Positions 1 to 12,200 of a stretch of DNA of 64,000 bases are shown here, in pieces. The stretch comes from Camelus dromedarius (Eukaryota). The notes beneath the pieces were generated by a model that worked only from the letters and a program-made list of their open reading frames with translations, made no database searches and was not told where the DNA came from. Each line of letters starts with the position of its first letter. The first letter of the stretch is position 1. The stretch spans positions 58,592,001 to 58,656,000 of the forward strand of contig NC_087437.1 in the NCBI RefSeq assembly GCF_036321535.1, written 5' to 3'. Position numbers and translations under genes: made by a program.

Positions 1-1484
1 ATTAGACTAGCATCTATGTTCCACGGATGTTGGTGTCACACAGAGGGTAGAAAGGCTGGTCGTTCACCAGCCTCTGGCCTTCACTGGCATAGGTTGAGCC
101 ATCGCTGGTCTCTGCTTATCCGGTCATTTGTGTTTACTGGGCTTGACTCTGTTGAGATGTCTGTGGCTCCACCAGGGGTTGTATCCCAGCCCTCTCTTAG
201 TCCCTCTCCACACCTTTGGAGCAAATGAAACTCTAGGGCATTTTCCCAGGCCTCCTGGACCAAAGGCAACGTGGGGTGTGGTACCCTGCTAGGCTCTTGC
301 CAATTTCTTCTCCAATACTGCTGTGGTCTGTTAGCACATAAGGCTTCTCTGTCCCCCTCAGGTTTCTCAGGAACCAGGATCCAGTTCTCTGCTTGAGGTC
401 CCAGCCCCACCACTCTGAGATGTCTGTCATCCCACAAGGTATAGAAGTGTCTCTGGGACCTACACCAACCCTGAGCAATCACACCTCCCACGTCTTTACT
501 TCCTCAGCCATGAAGTGATTCCTGAAATCCATGACAGGAAAACTGAATCCTACATTATTCATTCTTCCAAAGTCTATTATTTATAAAATAAAAATTAGCT
601 CGTGTACGCAAAAGTCAGACTGTAAGACTTAGAAATCCTTTTTCTCTAAGTAAAGTATCTTCCGGAAATTTCAAGTCTATTTTGAAAACTTAAGTGCTGG
701 TAATTGTCTCATTTCTTTCTCTTTGCTTTCCTATGGTAACCTTACACTGAGGGCACCTAGAAATGTCTTGCTGGTGATCGAACAATCAGAGGAAGGATGG
801 GAGAAAAAAGGAATGAATATACGTCCACATACACAAACATACATACATGCACAGAAGCATTCATATTTATAAAAAGAATAGAGAAATCAACTCAACAAAA
901 GGTTTTAGTGGTTGTCTATGCACTTCCCTCCACACATTATTTCTTAAATTTCTAGAAGAAACGTATTTCATATCATCAAAAAAAGAAAATTATATTAAAA
1001 AAAAAATCAATGAACAAGTCTCTGACTCCTAGCATCATCACCCACAGTAAAGGAGAGAGAGGAGGGGACCCAGGCTTTCCGTTGGCCGCACCCAAAGCTC
1101 TCCTCCCCTCAGTCTCTGTTTTGTGGTCCGTGACACTACTGCCCACTTTCATCTTGAAGCCCTCTCTTTCCTCAGCGTTCAGAGCACCAAGCTTTCTTAG
1201 CTCTTTTCCTAGTTTTCTCATCTATCAAAAACCTGAACCTCAAGTCTGTGTCTGACGCTATAATGAGATGAGACATTCGGGGGTCCTGGGAGGGAAAGAG
1301 GGTGAGTTGCATGACAGGTTAATGTCCAAATTTGTGGCCAGAGGCAGTACTATGGTCATAAGATGGATGCACATTTACCTGAATCCGACAGGCTCTGGGA
1401 CCACTTTGACCAACGTGGCAGACATGACACTGAAGGGTCGGGCTTTACAAGACTGGCAGCTTCCACTTCTTCTGGAAGAGCCCT

Positions 1485-1664
1485 TTCTCTAGGAGTCCTG
1501 AGCCTCCACGTGAAAGCTGAACTAGTCTGAGAATACACATTCTGCTGTGAGGAGCCCGAGCCAACCATGTGGCATGCCATTTGGAGAGACATATGATGAA
1601 ATGGTTGCTGTTTTAGGACACCAAGTTTCAGGGAGTTGTTATACTGCAATGGGTAATTAGAACA
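1485..1664 (+). mobile_element. MLT1-type (ERVL-MaLR) LTR fragment
   Basis: Typical MLT1 3' end: ggttgctgtttta...aagtttcagggagttgttatactgcaat..gtaattagaaca. Recognised by eye; left edge approximate. Confidence 0.6.
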
Positions 1665-2233
1665 CCCCAGTAAAAGGGGGTTAATACTATTGTAGCTATC
1701 TACGAGGAGCTGTAGTGAAAATTATCTTCGCAAGTTCCAGAATTTCTATGGTGGAGGGGGCTATTTAGGAAAATACCTTGATAAGCCAATTAGGAGTAGA
1801 AGGTGAGACCCTAAGGGGATAAGATGGCACAGAGAAATAAAAAGATATAACTAAACAACTGGGAACTGAAAATGGACAAGACTCTGGAGGCAAAGAAGAG
1901 CAATAGAGAAGTACCTAGAGATAAAGTAAGAGAAGTGGAGGAGGGGCAAGTAACGTGGCTGGAAGCTAGAACACAAGTTGCAGAAACAACCAAGAGACTT
2001 TAAAAGCATGAGCATCTAACACATTTGGTTTGGTTGCATATTCATGATGAAAATGTCTCCATTTCTCCAGAACTTTCATCAACTTTGCTACCAGTATTAG
2101 ATACCTTTTGTTACATTAAAAATTTTTGGGGGGGGGGGTGGAAATTAAGGAAAATATCTGAGTACCACGCTGGGACAGACTCGGTGAGAACAGAGACAAC
2201 AAGTGCCAATTCCTACACTGAATTAATTTAGGA

Positions 2234-2474
2234 TAGTGATTCCCAACAGGGAGTGATTTTGCACCCCCCCCCCCACCCAGGGAACATTTAGCAATGTCTG
2301 AAGAAACTTTTGATTGTCATGCCTGGGGACAGGGCAGTTATGACATTCAGATTGGCACTGAGTGGGCAGAGACTGGGGATGCTGCCAGGAATTCCTACAA
2401 TGTACAAGACAGCCACCCACAATAAAGAATTGTTCAGCCTGAAATGTCAATAGTCCCAACGCTGAGAAATCCTG
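2234..2474. mobile_element. MER20 (hAT-Charlie DNA transposon)
   Basis: Termini tagtgattcccaa... and ...ctgagaaatcctg, internal aaagaattgttcagcctgaaatgtcaatagt; imperfect 8-bp TSD atttagga/atttagag. Confidence 0.8.
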
Positions 2475-2674
2475 ATTTAGAGGACACTAAAGTTCTGAGT
2501 CAGATGTGTCTGTTAGAACCTGAGTCTTCCATGGAATTTATAGAGCTCTTGGAGAAAATGTTAGACTTTCTACAGTCCATGGACAATAGTTTGAATCAAT
2601 CTTATCTAAATGATCAGGACAAGGTTGTTCTAGTCAGCATCTGAGTTACGGCATCAAATAAGAAAATTGAAGTA

Positions 2675-2900
2675 GTCATGGTTCTTTTTGCAAGTGACAG
2701 AAACTAACTCTGGGAAAACTGAGCCAGGTAAGGACTGTATCAAGCAATAGTGGGCAGCTCACAGAATCTCTGCAAGGGCTGGAGAAGGTGGCCTGGAGGC
2801 TATGCAGAGAAGAACAGTCATCAGGGCACACTGCAGAGCTGGCCCACAGAGACAGTGGTGTCCCCATCACTGGCACAGAAACTGCTGGAAGGAAGGAAGG
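2675..2900. mobile_element. Old MLT1-like LTR fragment
   Basis: ggttctttttgcaagtgacagaaactaactc...gggcagctcacagaatc motif typical of old MLT1 subfamilies; boundaries approximate. Confidence 0.45.
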
Positions 2901-3060
2901 AAGTATGGATGTGCTAGCAACTATGATGGAATGGATGCTTCAAAAGAGGAAAGGAAAAAGAAACATAACATCAAAGAAGTTTATTTTAAAAGCATATAAA
3001 TGTCTTTCAGCCTTAACATTAAAAAAGGAAAATCCAGCCATTTAGATTTAAGCTTTATTG

Positions 3061-3653
3061 ATATATGCACCCCAATGTTCATAGCAGCACTATTTACAAT
3101 AGCAAAGACATAGAAACAATCTAAATGTCCATCAGTAGAGGACTGGATAAGAAACTGTGGCATATTTGTGCAATGGAATACTACTCAGCCATAAAAAAGA
3201 ATAAAATAATGCCATTTGCAGCAACATGGATGGACCTGGAGATTATTATTCTAAATGAAGTAATCCAGAAAGAGAAATAAAAATAACATATAATATCACT
3301 CATATGTGGAATCTAAAAAAATAAAAAAGAAGATGTGAACTTACTTACAAAACAGAAACAGATTCACAGACATAGTAAACAATCTTATGGTTACTGGGGG
3401 GAAAGGGAGTGGGAAGGGATAAGTTGGGAGTTCTAAATTTGTGAATAATAACTATTATATATAAAATAGATAAACAACAAGTTTCTTGTGTATAGCACAG
3501 GGAACCATATTCAATATCTTTTAGTAACCTATAATGAAAAAGAATATGAAAACGAATAAATGTATGTATATGCATGACTGAAACAGTATGCTGTATGCCA
3601 GAAATGACTGACACATTGTAAATTGACTATACTTCGATTAAAAAAAATCAATA
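3061..3653 (+). mobile_element. 5'-truncated, relatively young LINE-1 (end of ORF2 plus 3' UTR plus A tail)
   Basis: tgcaccccaatgttcatagcagcactatttacaatagc...atggaatactactcagccataaaaaagaat...gactatacttcgattaaaaaaaa; flanking direct repeats 3042-3060 and 3654-3672. Confidence 0.93.
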
Positions 3654-4854
3654 TTAGACTTAAGCTTCATTGCCATCTTTGACCTTGTAATCATAATCCA
3701 AGTCAGAACACATTTTGGATAATTACGATGTCTTCCTACCAGGCTCTCTGCTTTTAGTCTCCCACCTTTAACCAATCTTACGCCTCACCCCTCACGGTAA
3801 AGTAACCTCCATAGAGCACCATTTGGAGTATGGTGCTTCCCCACAAAGCTGTTACACATAAGAATTTTTGCCAAAAGACAAATATCCAAATATAACTTGA
3901 CATCTTCAAAATACTCTGTGATCTGCTCTGAACCACTTTTCACTTTTCTCTTCCATTACTCTTTCAGGCAATAGTTTGGAAATTGAGCCCTAAATATACC
4001 ACACATATCTGAATAACTGTGTGACCTTGAGAAAGTTAACATATTTCTCTGAACTCATAAAAATAGAACATGGAAGTCACATTGTCCACCCTGCTCATAG
4101 ATACGACCAGAGGAAATCACATAGTCTGCACTGCCCATGGGTAGACTAGACCATGGAAGGCCTGCTGTCTGCACTGCTCCTTGGCAGCACTGGGAGCCCT
4201 AAACCCAGCGTCCTGAGGTAATGGAAGGTAAGCACGAGAGCAGTCTTCTTCGTGTCTTTTTGGCTAATGCAGTGGGATTAATTTCCAAGGCCAAGCCTTT
4301 GTCAGACAGATTTCTAAGTTGCAACTTAGCATGTGGAAGCCTGCACCTCACAGTGACTTTTTTCCAGTGCTCTTAAAATAGCCAGGTCTTATCAATGGAA
4401 AAATCCTGCAAGTTGAAAGTACTTCAAGCTCTTTCATTCTGCATAGAATGTACAGTTTAATAGAATAGGTATGAATCTCAGATCGTAAACTCAGGTGTGT
4501 GATTAGTATTGCATTTCTTTAAATCAACTGAATTTTAATTCTGAGCCCTCGTTCAGTGGGTTTCTAAGAAATCCAACCACTGTCAATATGCTGGTTCTCC
4601 TTTTATGGAGAGTAAAATAAAATTAGTTTCCTCTCTCACTATGGAGAATAAAATAAAAGCAGGTCTCATGGTGTTTTAGAAACAGATGGACATAGGTTAA
4701 AAAGTAATCTAAAACTGTAAGTTCAATGGGAATATAGATAGCAGTACTTAAACAGAAGGAAACATCTCATGCTTAGAGAAAAATAACACTATTTCTGATG
4801 TTACTGCTATAGCTAATGCTTGTAAGGCAGAGACAGGCAGTGAGAACAACTGGC

Positions 4855-5223
4855 CGAGTTCTCCTCTGTAGTTCTCAGCTTTACTTGTGGTTGAGCTGGC
4901 CACGTGACTAGGTTCTGGCCAACAGAATGTGGGCAGAAATGATCTCTGACCGTACTGACCACCCATGTAGTAATCACATTGTCAAGTCATTTCTATGATA
5001 GCCCTTCAAAACCAGACCAGACAATTCTCAGAGCTCAGCAGAGTAACCCTAAAGGGCATCTATTTCAGACGGCGTAGGCTTAACAGGGAAGCCTCAGGAG
5101 AGCCCTCCAGTGCACATCCGACTGTCACGTGAGAAAGAAATAATTCTGTACTGTGATTAAGTCTTTGACATTTGGGAGTTTATCTTCTTAGAGCAGCATA
5201 TCCCATCCTTTCTTAACGAATAC
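4855..5223 (+). mobile_element. MLT1I/J-like LTR
   Basis: ggccacgtgactaggttctggccaacagaatgtgggcagaa...gtgagaaagaaataa...tttgggagtt...aataca. Confidence 0.6.
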
Positions 5224-6434
5224 AATTATTAAGCGTTTACTGTGTACCAGGCATACTTTTAACGCTTCATATGTATTAGCTCATTTTGTAAGGAGACAGA
5301 TCAGCCCGTATTACAATGTCAGGAAAACAGAATGATGCAGAAGTAAACCTAAAATGGTCATGGAGCCCCAGATTCACTGCACACATCCTTACAGGATCTC
5401 TTCCTCCATCTTTTCTGCTCGTCTAAATCTCACCCATCCCCAACAAAATGACAAACTAGGTAGAGTGAAGGAAGCAAAGAAAGAAGGGATTCTAATCTGA
5501 GTTCGTTTTAGGCAAATATGCATATCTAATCCTACCCGTGAAGGAACTTCTCGGGGGCTGTGCATTCCAGCGTCTCTCCTACCAGTATAAACTGGTAAAT
5601 GAATCACTGTCAGTAGATCCATTTTGCCTTCTCTAAATGCAAGTGTCATTGCTGCTAAGGTGGTTCTCCAGACTGGGAGATAGTAGATCTCACTCTTCCG
5701 GTGCTGTTTGCAAACCAGATTAGGATTCTAGCAGTTGAAGGGGGCTGTTGCTTCAACTGTTCATCTTCCTAACACAAAGCTAAGACCACCTGAGGCATGA
5801 GGGAGCAAGGAGGCTGTCAACAGCTTACAATGATGAGCAGCAAGGATGTGACAGCTGGTCCCTCTGCAAGGCACACAGCTCCACCCACTCCTGCTGAGGA
5901 AGACTCCTGCAAGCTGGAAAGGCATTTGGTACAGGCGTTACAGGAATAGATTACGATGCAGGGTTACTTAAAGGCTGGACAGGCCTGGAATAGGGTAGAG
6001 GTAGACGATATGGTATTCGTCTAAAACAGAATCAAAGAAGAAATGTTTCAAAGCATAGAGCAAAAATACCTCTAAGTAGGGGGTAGAATGCTCAGAACTG
6101 AGCGAGTGGAAAAAGGAGTATTCTGCAGGCTTTGGACATGACATTGGCCCCAAAGAGGAGACAGAATTATAAGCAGTCAGAGACAGGAAACTTCAAAACA
6201 AAGGGAAAAACTAAATAGCACAAGTTTTCAGTGCATTTGTTTTCTTAAGTTTTTGGGTTACACTTTTTACAATAGAAGTTTTTGCCAAGTTCTTCCTGGG
6301 AGATGCCCAAGTTCCCTAACACTGCATTCTTCCTCTGTGGTTTCCTGGAGAAGGAAAGCAGCTAAGTGACACAAAACTGCACCATCATTGTTATTAAACT
6401 CTCCCCACCCCTCAGGAAAGCATGTTATAATCCA

Positions 6435-7130
6435 CATCAACAAACATTTAGAAATCATTTCTTAAGAATCCTGGTCTGGAGATACTGAAAAAGAGTAAAA
6501 CTCAGCTCCGCTTTCAAGGTACCGTGGTCTGGCTAGAGAGACAGACACTCATGTAATAAGGTAAACAGTGTGACTGAGTACACACTGAGGACCAAGAAAA
6601 GGGGGGAAGTTCTGCTATAGGGCAGAACTCTAGCATAATCAAGTGGGCTTAAGAAAGATAGTTCTGGAGAAACAGAAAAGGATGTACTTCTAAAGAGAAA
6701 AACTGAGGCTCAGGAAGGCTTGATGAGAAGCTATTGGGAAAGTCAAGTATGAGGGGCCTGAGCTAAAGTGTAGCAATGGGGGTAGAGGTGATACATCATT
6801 TGAAAACATATTTCTGAGTACTTAAATCAATAGAAAACTAAATGCAGAAATGAGGGAGAGCAATCAGAAGTGACTGGGATTTCAAGCCACAGTGAATCAA
6901 CAGTGCTAGTGACAGTTGTGGATATAGGGAAGCTAATTTCGAGTGGAGATGATAATTCTGGTTTGGGATTGGTGATTAATGCTGAGATATTATTGAGTTA
7001 TTCAGGTGGAAAAAATCTATTATGCATTTAGAAATCAAGTCCTGGAATTCCAGAGGGAGGTAAAGCTTACAATACAGATTTGAGAGTTTTCTTTATAAAG
7101 GTGAAACTGAATCACATTAACCTTTGTGAA
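6435..7130 (-). mobile_element. Degraded L2 LINE
   Basis: Purine-rich degraded L2 phrases (caacaaacattta..., gagggcctgagctaaag..., aagtcctggaattccagaggga); boundaries approximate. Confidence 0.5.
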
Positions 7131-7214
7131 ATTGTGCAAGAATTGAAATTGAAATCATTTGTAAATTATTAGATCCACATTATTTTATAATGTTTGTATT
7201 TTAAGACTAAAAGT

Positions 7215-7393
7215 ATAACCTGCAGTGTGATAATGCAGGAAAAAAATATAAGGTAGAACACTTTCAAATAACATGATTGTTTACATTGAAAACCTTAAGA
7301 AATCAATAAAAAAATAAGCCACTGGACATAATGAGTTAAGAAGAATCTCAGAATACAAGGTCAATACAAAAAATGTTGTATTTCTGTATACTA
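7215..7393 (+). mobile_element. Old L1 ORF2 fragment
   Basis: acatgattgtttacattgaaaaccttaagaaatcaa...caaggtcaatacaaaaaa...tgtatttctgtatact. Confidence 0.6.
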
Positions 7394-7514
7394 TGAATTG
7401 CTCTTGAATTCTTTCCTATGTGAAGCCAGAGACACTCACTTAGCAGGGTATGTCCCAGGGACTCACCGGAGACCTGGGACATGACCATCCTCTAGCACCC
7501 CATTCTCCTGCAAC
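7394..7514 (+). mobile_element. 3' (U5) fragment of an ERV1-like LTR
   Basis: cttgaattctttcctatgtgaagcca...ttctcctgcaaca resembles ERV1 LTR ends. Confidence 0.45.
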
Positions 7515-8982
7515 ACCTCCAAGAGGCGAATCCAATTTTTTATGGAACAGATTCAGTAGGCTAAATTCTTAGAAGCAGAATTGCAAGACAAGGACTTTGT
7601 AAAATGTAAAGATAACTCATATATGAAAGGAGTTACCGTTATTAGGTTTCTCTTTTTTTCCCTAGAACAACAGGGAATTAACAGTAACAAAGGAATTTTT
7701 GCGTAACTCAATAAACCTGGAAAGAGCTACAGTTTGTACAGATCAGTATAGCAAATTCCTATTTGCTCCTGCCATTAAAACAGTCACCATAACAAATATA
7801 ATAAAGAAAATTCCCAGAGTCCTTCATTTGGGAAGTTTACTACCAGTAACTAGATCTAGACTTGGTATTACTATGAATGGATGATACTGACTTATGATTC
7901 TGATGATTACAGGGAAAGAAATTTTCTTTGTGTGTAGCATGTGTAGGGATGGTACCCTTAAAATGAAGGGAGCACAAGGCAACTATAATTTTGGTCCTGG
8001 CTATGCCACTGATTGACTTCACTACCTTCCATAGGTTAGGTCCCTTGTATAGGGCCCCAGTTTCCACATAAAACATAAAATGTTAAGAGTTGGAAGGGGA
8101 AAAGGGTATTTAAAGTTATAGAACTGACTTTAAACTACTTAGGGAGATAATGAAGACAGAAGAGAAAGGGTCTAGGATCTCCAACCCTCCAACTGTTGAG
8201 AGGTTAGGCGGAGGAACCAACAAAGGAGCCCGGGGGGGGGGGGGGGGATAGACTTGAAGAAAAAGGAGACTGCGATGTCCTGAAAGCCAGGCGAGGGAAG
8301 CCAATTAAAGAGAGTGCTGAACACCTAAAATTCTGAGCTGAATGCAGAGAAGTACAGTGATCACCGGCAATATGCAATTTTTGCAGAAGTTGACAGCAGC
8401 AATTTCAACAAATTAGTGAGATTAAAAGCCAGAGGAGAGCCGGTTAAAGAGTGAATGAACGAAATCATTTTTGATGACTTTATAAACTCCACAAGCTTAT
8501 TCCAAACCCTTAGCCCATCTAATCTGAGCCCCACTCAGATCTAACCTTCAGAGATTCTAAAGCACTTAACCCGTCCATGACTCCTCCCCCAACTTCCCGT
8601 TCTGAGGATATTAAAGTGTTTTGTAAACAAAGACGCCGACAAAAGCGCTCAGGGGCGAAGGGTGGGGGGAAGTCGTGGGTTTTCATTACTCTGTTCTATT
8701 ACTCTATTCCTACACTGTACGCATTTTGTATTCCCTACGCTCCTCCATACTCTCTCAATATCAAATTTTCTTAAATTGTTAGCCACCTAGTGAGAATTTA
8801 TCAATCCAGACTTCATGCCCTTCAACCCGCCAATCCCAGCCCAACATCTCGACCCGTCCCCTCTCCAAGCCTTTAGCCTGAGAGGCTCGAATTCACCTTT
8901 CCGACCCGGAAACAAAGAGGGCGAGGCAGGGCGAGGCCCGGTGAGGGAAGCGAAAATACATTGGTCCTTCCAGAGGCTTTGA

Positions 8983-8992
8983 GCGCATGCGC
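8983..8992. promoter_or_regulatory. NRF1 (nuclear respiratory factor 1) palindromic site
   Basis: GCGCATGCGC, the NRF1 core palindrome, about 260 nt upstream of the ATG of a nuclear-encoded mitochondrial gene. Confidence 0.75.
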
Positions 8993-9247
8993 GAGTCCTC
9001 CCCGGCCTATTTGTGCTGCCCGCCTAGGAAGGGTGGAGGGGCTGGTTTTCCTGACGGACCGAGTACGGGTGCCGGGCAGGCTCTCGCGGAAGTCCATTCG
9101 CCATTGGGAGGGCCGCAGAGGCTGCTGTGTGCCCTTGTTCCTGAGGGCCTCTTCCTGGGTCATTCGTGGAGCAGGAGCCGGACTGGGGCTGACACCGGGG
9201 CTCCCGCGTGGCCGCCTCGGCGCCTGTGTGACCTCGTCGCCGGTGAG

Positions 9248-9279
9248 ATGTGGCGGCTACGCCGGGCCGCTGTGGCCTG
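9248..9279 (+). CDS. OPA1: OPA1 exon 1, coding part (32 nt); start of mitochondrial targeting sequence
   Basis: MWRLRRAAVA(C); donor TG|GTAAGT at 9280. Confidence 0.97.
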
Positions 9280-12200
9280 GTAAGTGCGGGCTCTGACCTG
9301 GCCCTGTTATCTCTGGGAACTGCAGAGAATGGGGCTGTCCCCTCACTATCTTCAGAATGTGTAGGTAACTCTCAGGCTTGGCAGGGGGCGGTTGGAGGAT
9401 TCGGGAATATTTTTGAGGATCCAGAGTGGCAGGAGGCCTGACTCGGCTTACCTGAGGTGCTGGCCCCAGTATTGACCCCTGTCCCTGTTTCTGTGCCACT
9501 GGAAGATTCTGGGCGCTTTTCAGTCTTGGCCTGTCTCTGTTGTCCTTTTGTGCCTGCCGCTTTCACCCTTCTGTCCTCGCTGTTATCTCTATCTCTGCTG
9601 GCTTCTTGTTTCTAACCCCTCCTTCCCCGGTCTCTGGCTCTATCCATGTGTCACCTTTTCCGCGTCTCTTAATTCTGTCTTTTTCTTTTACCTACATGCC
9701 AGGTTTACATTGCTTTTGCAGGTACCCGAGTTCTTCTCTCGGGGTAAGTGGGATTCTGCTTCATTCCTTAATCCGCTGAATGAACATGATTTGGAGTTTG
9801 ATCGGGAGCAGTGACGCATACAGTGTCAGAGATAGTGATTAGAGATAACCTCTTAATAGCAGCTTTTTTCAGTGTTTGGGGAGGGAGACTTGATTTTTGG
9901 ATGCGAGGTGGTGAATGTGGCACCACCTTTCTAATCACTGTGTTATTGTTGCCCAGGCCTGGCTTAATCCTAAACAGAAAAATCGTTTAAGTATTTACAT
10001 TTCTATGGATTACTGTGTGCATTTTAATGAGTTTAAATTTGACTTTAATTAGTACACGTGTTCTTGTATTCTTAGACATCTTCAGGTTTAACTCATTGTT
10101 GCAGGCGTTTGGTTAGAAGTAACATGCATCAAGCAAGGTTGGAAAAACTTGGTTTTCCTGAATGAACTCAATCTCGAAACACCTGTCTTGGTTTTTTTTT
10201 TTTTTTTTTTCCCCCAGAATGTTTAAGTAGTGCAACAAATAGTGTTCATAAGCAATGGAATCCATTTGTTGTATGAGTCTAAATTTAGAACTAAATGGCA
10301 TACAATAGGTATCCTTTTAGTCAATTAGAATAATTGAGTAAGTTATTTCTAACCTCATGGAATTTTAGTTTCTGAGTAAATCCACAGCCCTCAGTACTGA
10401 AGTAAGTTATTTACAACTGTTTCTAATTTCTAATATATTTACTGGAGAAATATATCTAAATGTCTTTAAGTAAGAAAAGACTTTGCAGAAAATAGAGTAC
10501 TTCGTTGGAGCAATTAAGATACGCAAGACAAACTTTAAAAATTGAGTTTAAAAAAGGCTGCTCAATAACTGATAATTGTTTATTTAATTGGATGCTGTCA
10601 GCTAAATTGTTTCTAAAGATACTTTCGATTCCATAGTCATGGCTTAAAATGTCTTACGTTGATATCACAGTTTAGCTACCTGCAAAGTAAAGATGTGGAA
10701 GGTCAGAAGCCCCAAGATCCGGAGTTTGTCTTTTGATGTAGTTCCTATGCATGTTATGAAGGAGTATATTTAAATTCCTATTCTTTAACAGATAAACATT
10801 TTTTGACATAAACAGGTGCTCATAGATATGTAAGAAGACCGATGGCCACCATTTATTTAGGTGCAATAAATATTTTGTGTGAAATTGTTGAATACTTTAA
10901 TTACATACTAAGAAATGGTATATAGGGTAAAAGAAGATGGTATATGGGTGAGAATAGATGCTTTCTGGGGTGGGGGTGGAGGAGCCTTATTTTGCATCAC
11001 ATTTGATTTTTAGTTTGGTCTAATACAGAAGTGTATTTTCAAAACCGTTTTCCGATATTGCTACATACTTGTCTAGCATTCTTTGTTCCTAATAAAAATT
11101 CTCAGGACAATTTAATGTGTGTGTGTTTGTGTGTGTGTAGGTATCCAGGTTTTCCCTTCATGGACACTTTTAGGATCTTGGCCTTATCTTAAATTTCTCA
11201 AGGCTTTATCCGACTACCCCCAACCTAGATCTGGCTTGGTACTCGGTGTGCCTTTCTGTTAAAAAGTCAATTCTGGAAAAATTTTTCTTACTTCTTTGTT
11301 TTCTCCCACTCATTTTTTTTTCTGTTCTTTTTCTTTTCAAATGCATATTAGATGAATATTGGTCTTCTTAGATTGATCCTGTTACCCATGATTTCCAAAA
11401 TATATATGCATATCATCTCCTTAAAAAAAAGAATGCATGTTCCACAATGTGTGTATGCATATTTATTTTTAAATTATGTACATGTACCTTTGTACTAATT
11501 AATTATTTACCTTATAAATCTACCCTGACATATTTTTGAAGGATGAGATACAAGAAGTATTGTATTTAGAAGCTTTGGTACTTTCTTCCTTAATCCCAGT
11601 GGGTCATTTTGTGTAGCCCATGAAATGCATTTCACACACCGCCCCCACTTCGGATACCACTTCTCTGAGTCACTTAACTTCGCTTTCATGGTTTCCACCT
11701 TTTTTCTTTGTCTTCTAAGTTCTGGAGAATTTCCTTAGTTCGTTTTCTGGTATTGCTCTTCTTTTTTTTTTTTTCCAAAACAGCTTTAATTTCAATGAAT
11801 TCTTTTTTAATATTTATTAAACTCTAAAAGATATGTTTAATTGTGTAAACTTTGTATTGTTCTTTGATTGCTATTTTTAGTGACAACCTGCTTTTATTAC
11901 TTACCTGCTTTATCTTTTGGAAGCCTCCCAAGAATATTAATTAAAATTTCATATCTCTGCTTTTTTCAGGATTAATAGTATTGTTTATCTTTGACATCCT
12001 CTTAAGAGCTGCTAGTTTTCTGCAAGAGTCTGGTTATCTAATTATATTTAAACATGAAGGACTAATGATTGACTTAGATGCCTTGTGTGGGTTACCCTAA
12101 ATGAGAAGGCTGACATAGCAAACCGTGTTTTAGGTGTATGATGTATCATCTAGCAGGCTTCATTTTAGAACTTTTAAAGAGTAGGCAGGCGATCTGATCG

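Larger units (their letters stand above)
8840..9330 (+). promoter_or_regulatory. OPA1: CpG-island promoter and 5' UTR of OPA1, no obvious TATA box
   Basis: Only CpG-dense stretch of the window, surrounding exon 1. ETS/GABP-like CCGGAAAC 8906-8913 and CGGAAGT 9087-9093, inverted CCAAT 8960-8964, YY1-like CGCCATT 9099-9105. Boundaries approximate. Confidence 0.85.

Noticed and set aside
8232..8247. G16 homopolymer about 1 kb upstream of the ATG (similar G/C runs near 2127, 2263 and 46981)
   Set aside because: Could form a G-quadruplex, but homopolymer runs are common and length-unstable, and nothing here ties them to function.
16..8800. Many 60-136 aa ORFs upstream of the promoter
   Set aside because: No recognisable protein, no consistent exon structure, and many overlap LTR, L1, L2 or MER repeats; expected background in mammalian DNA.
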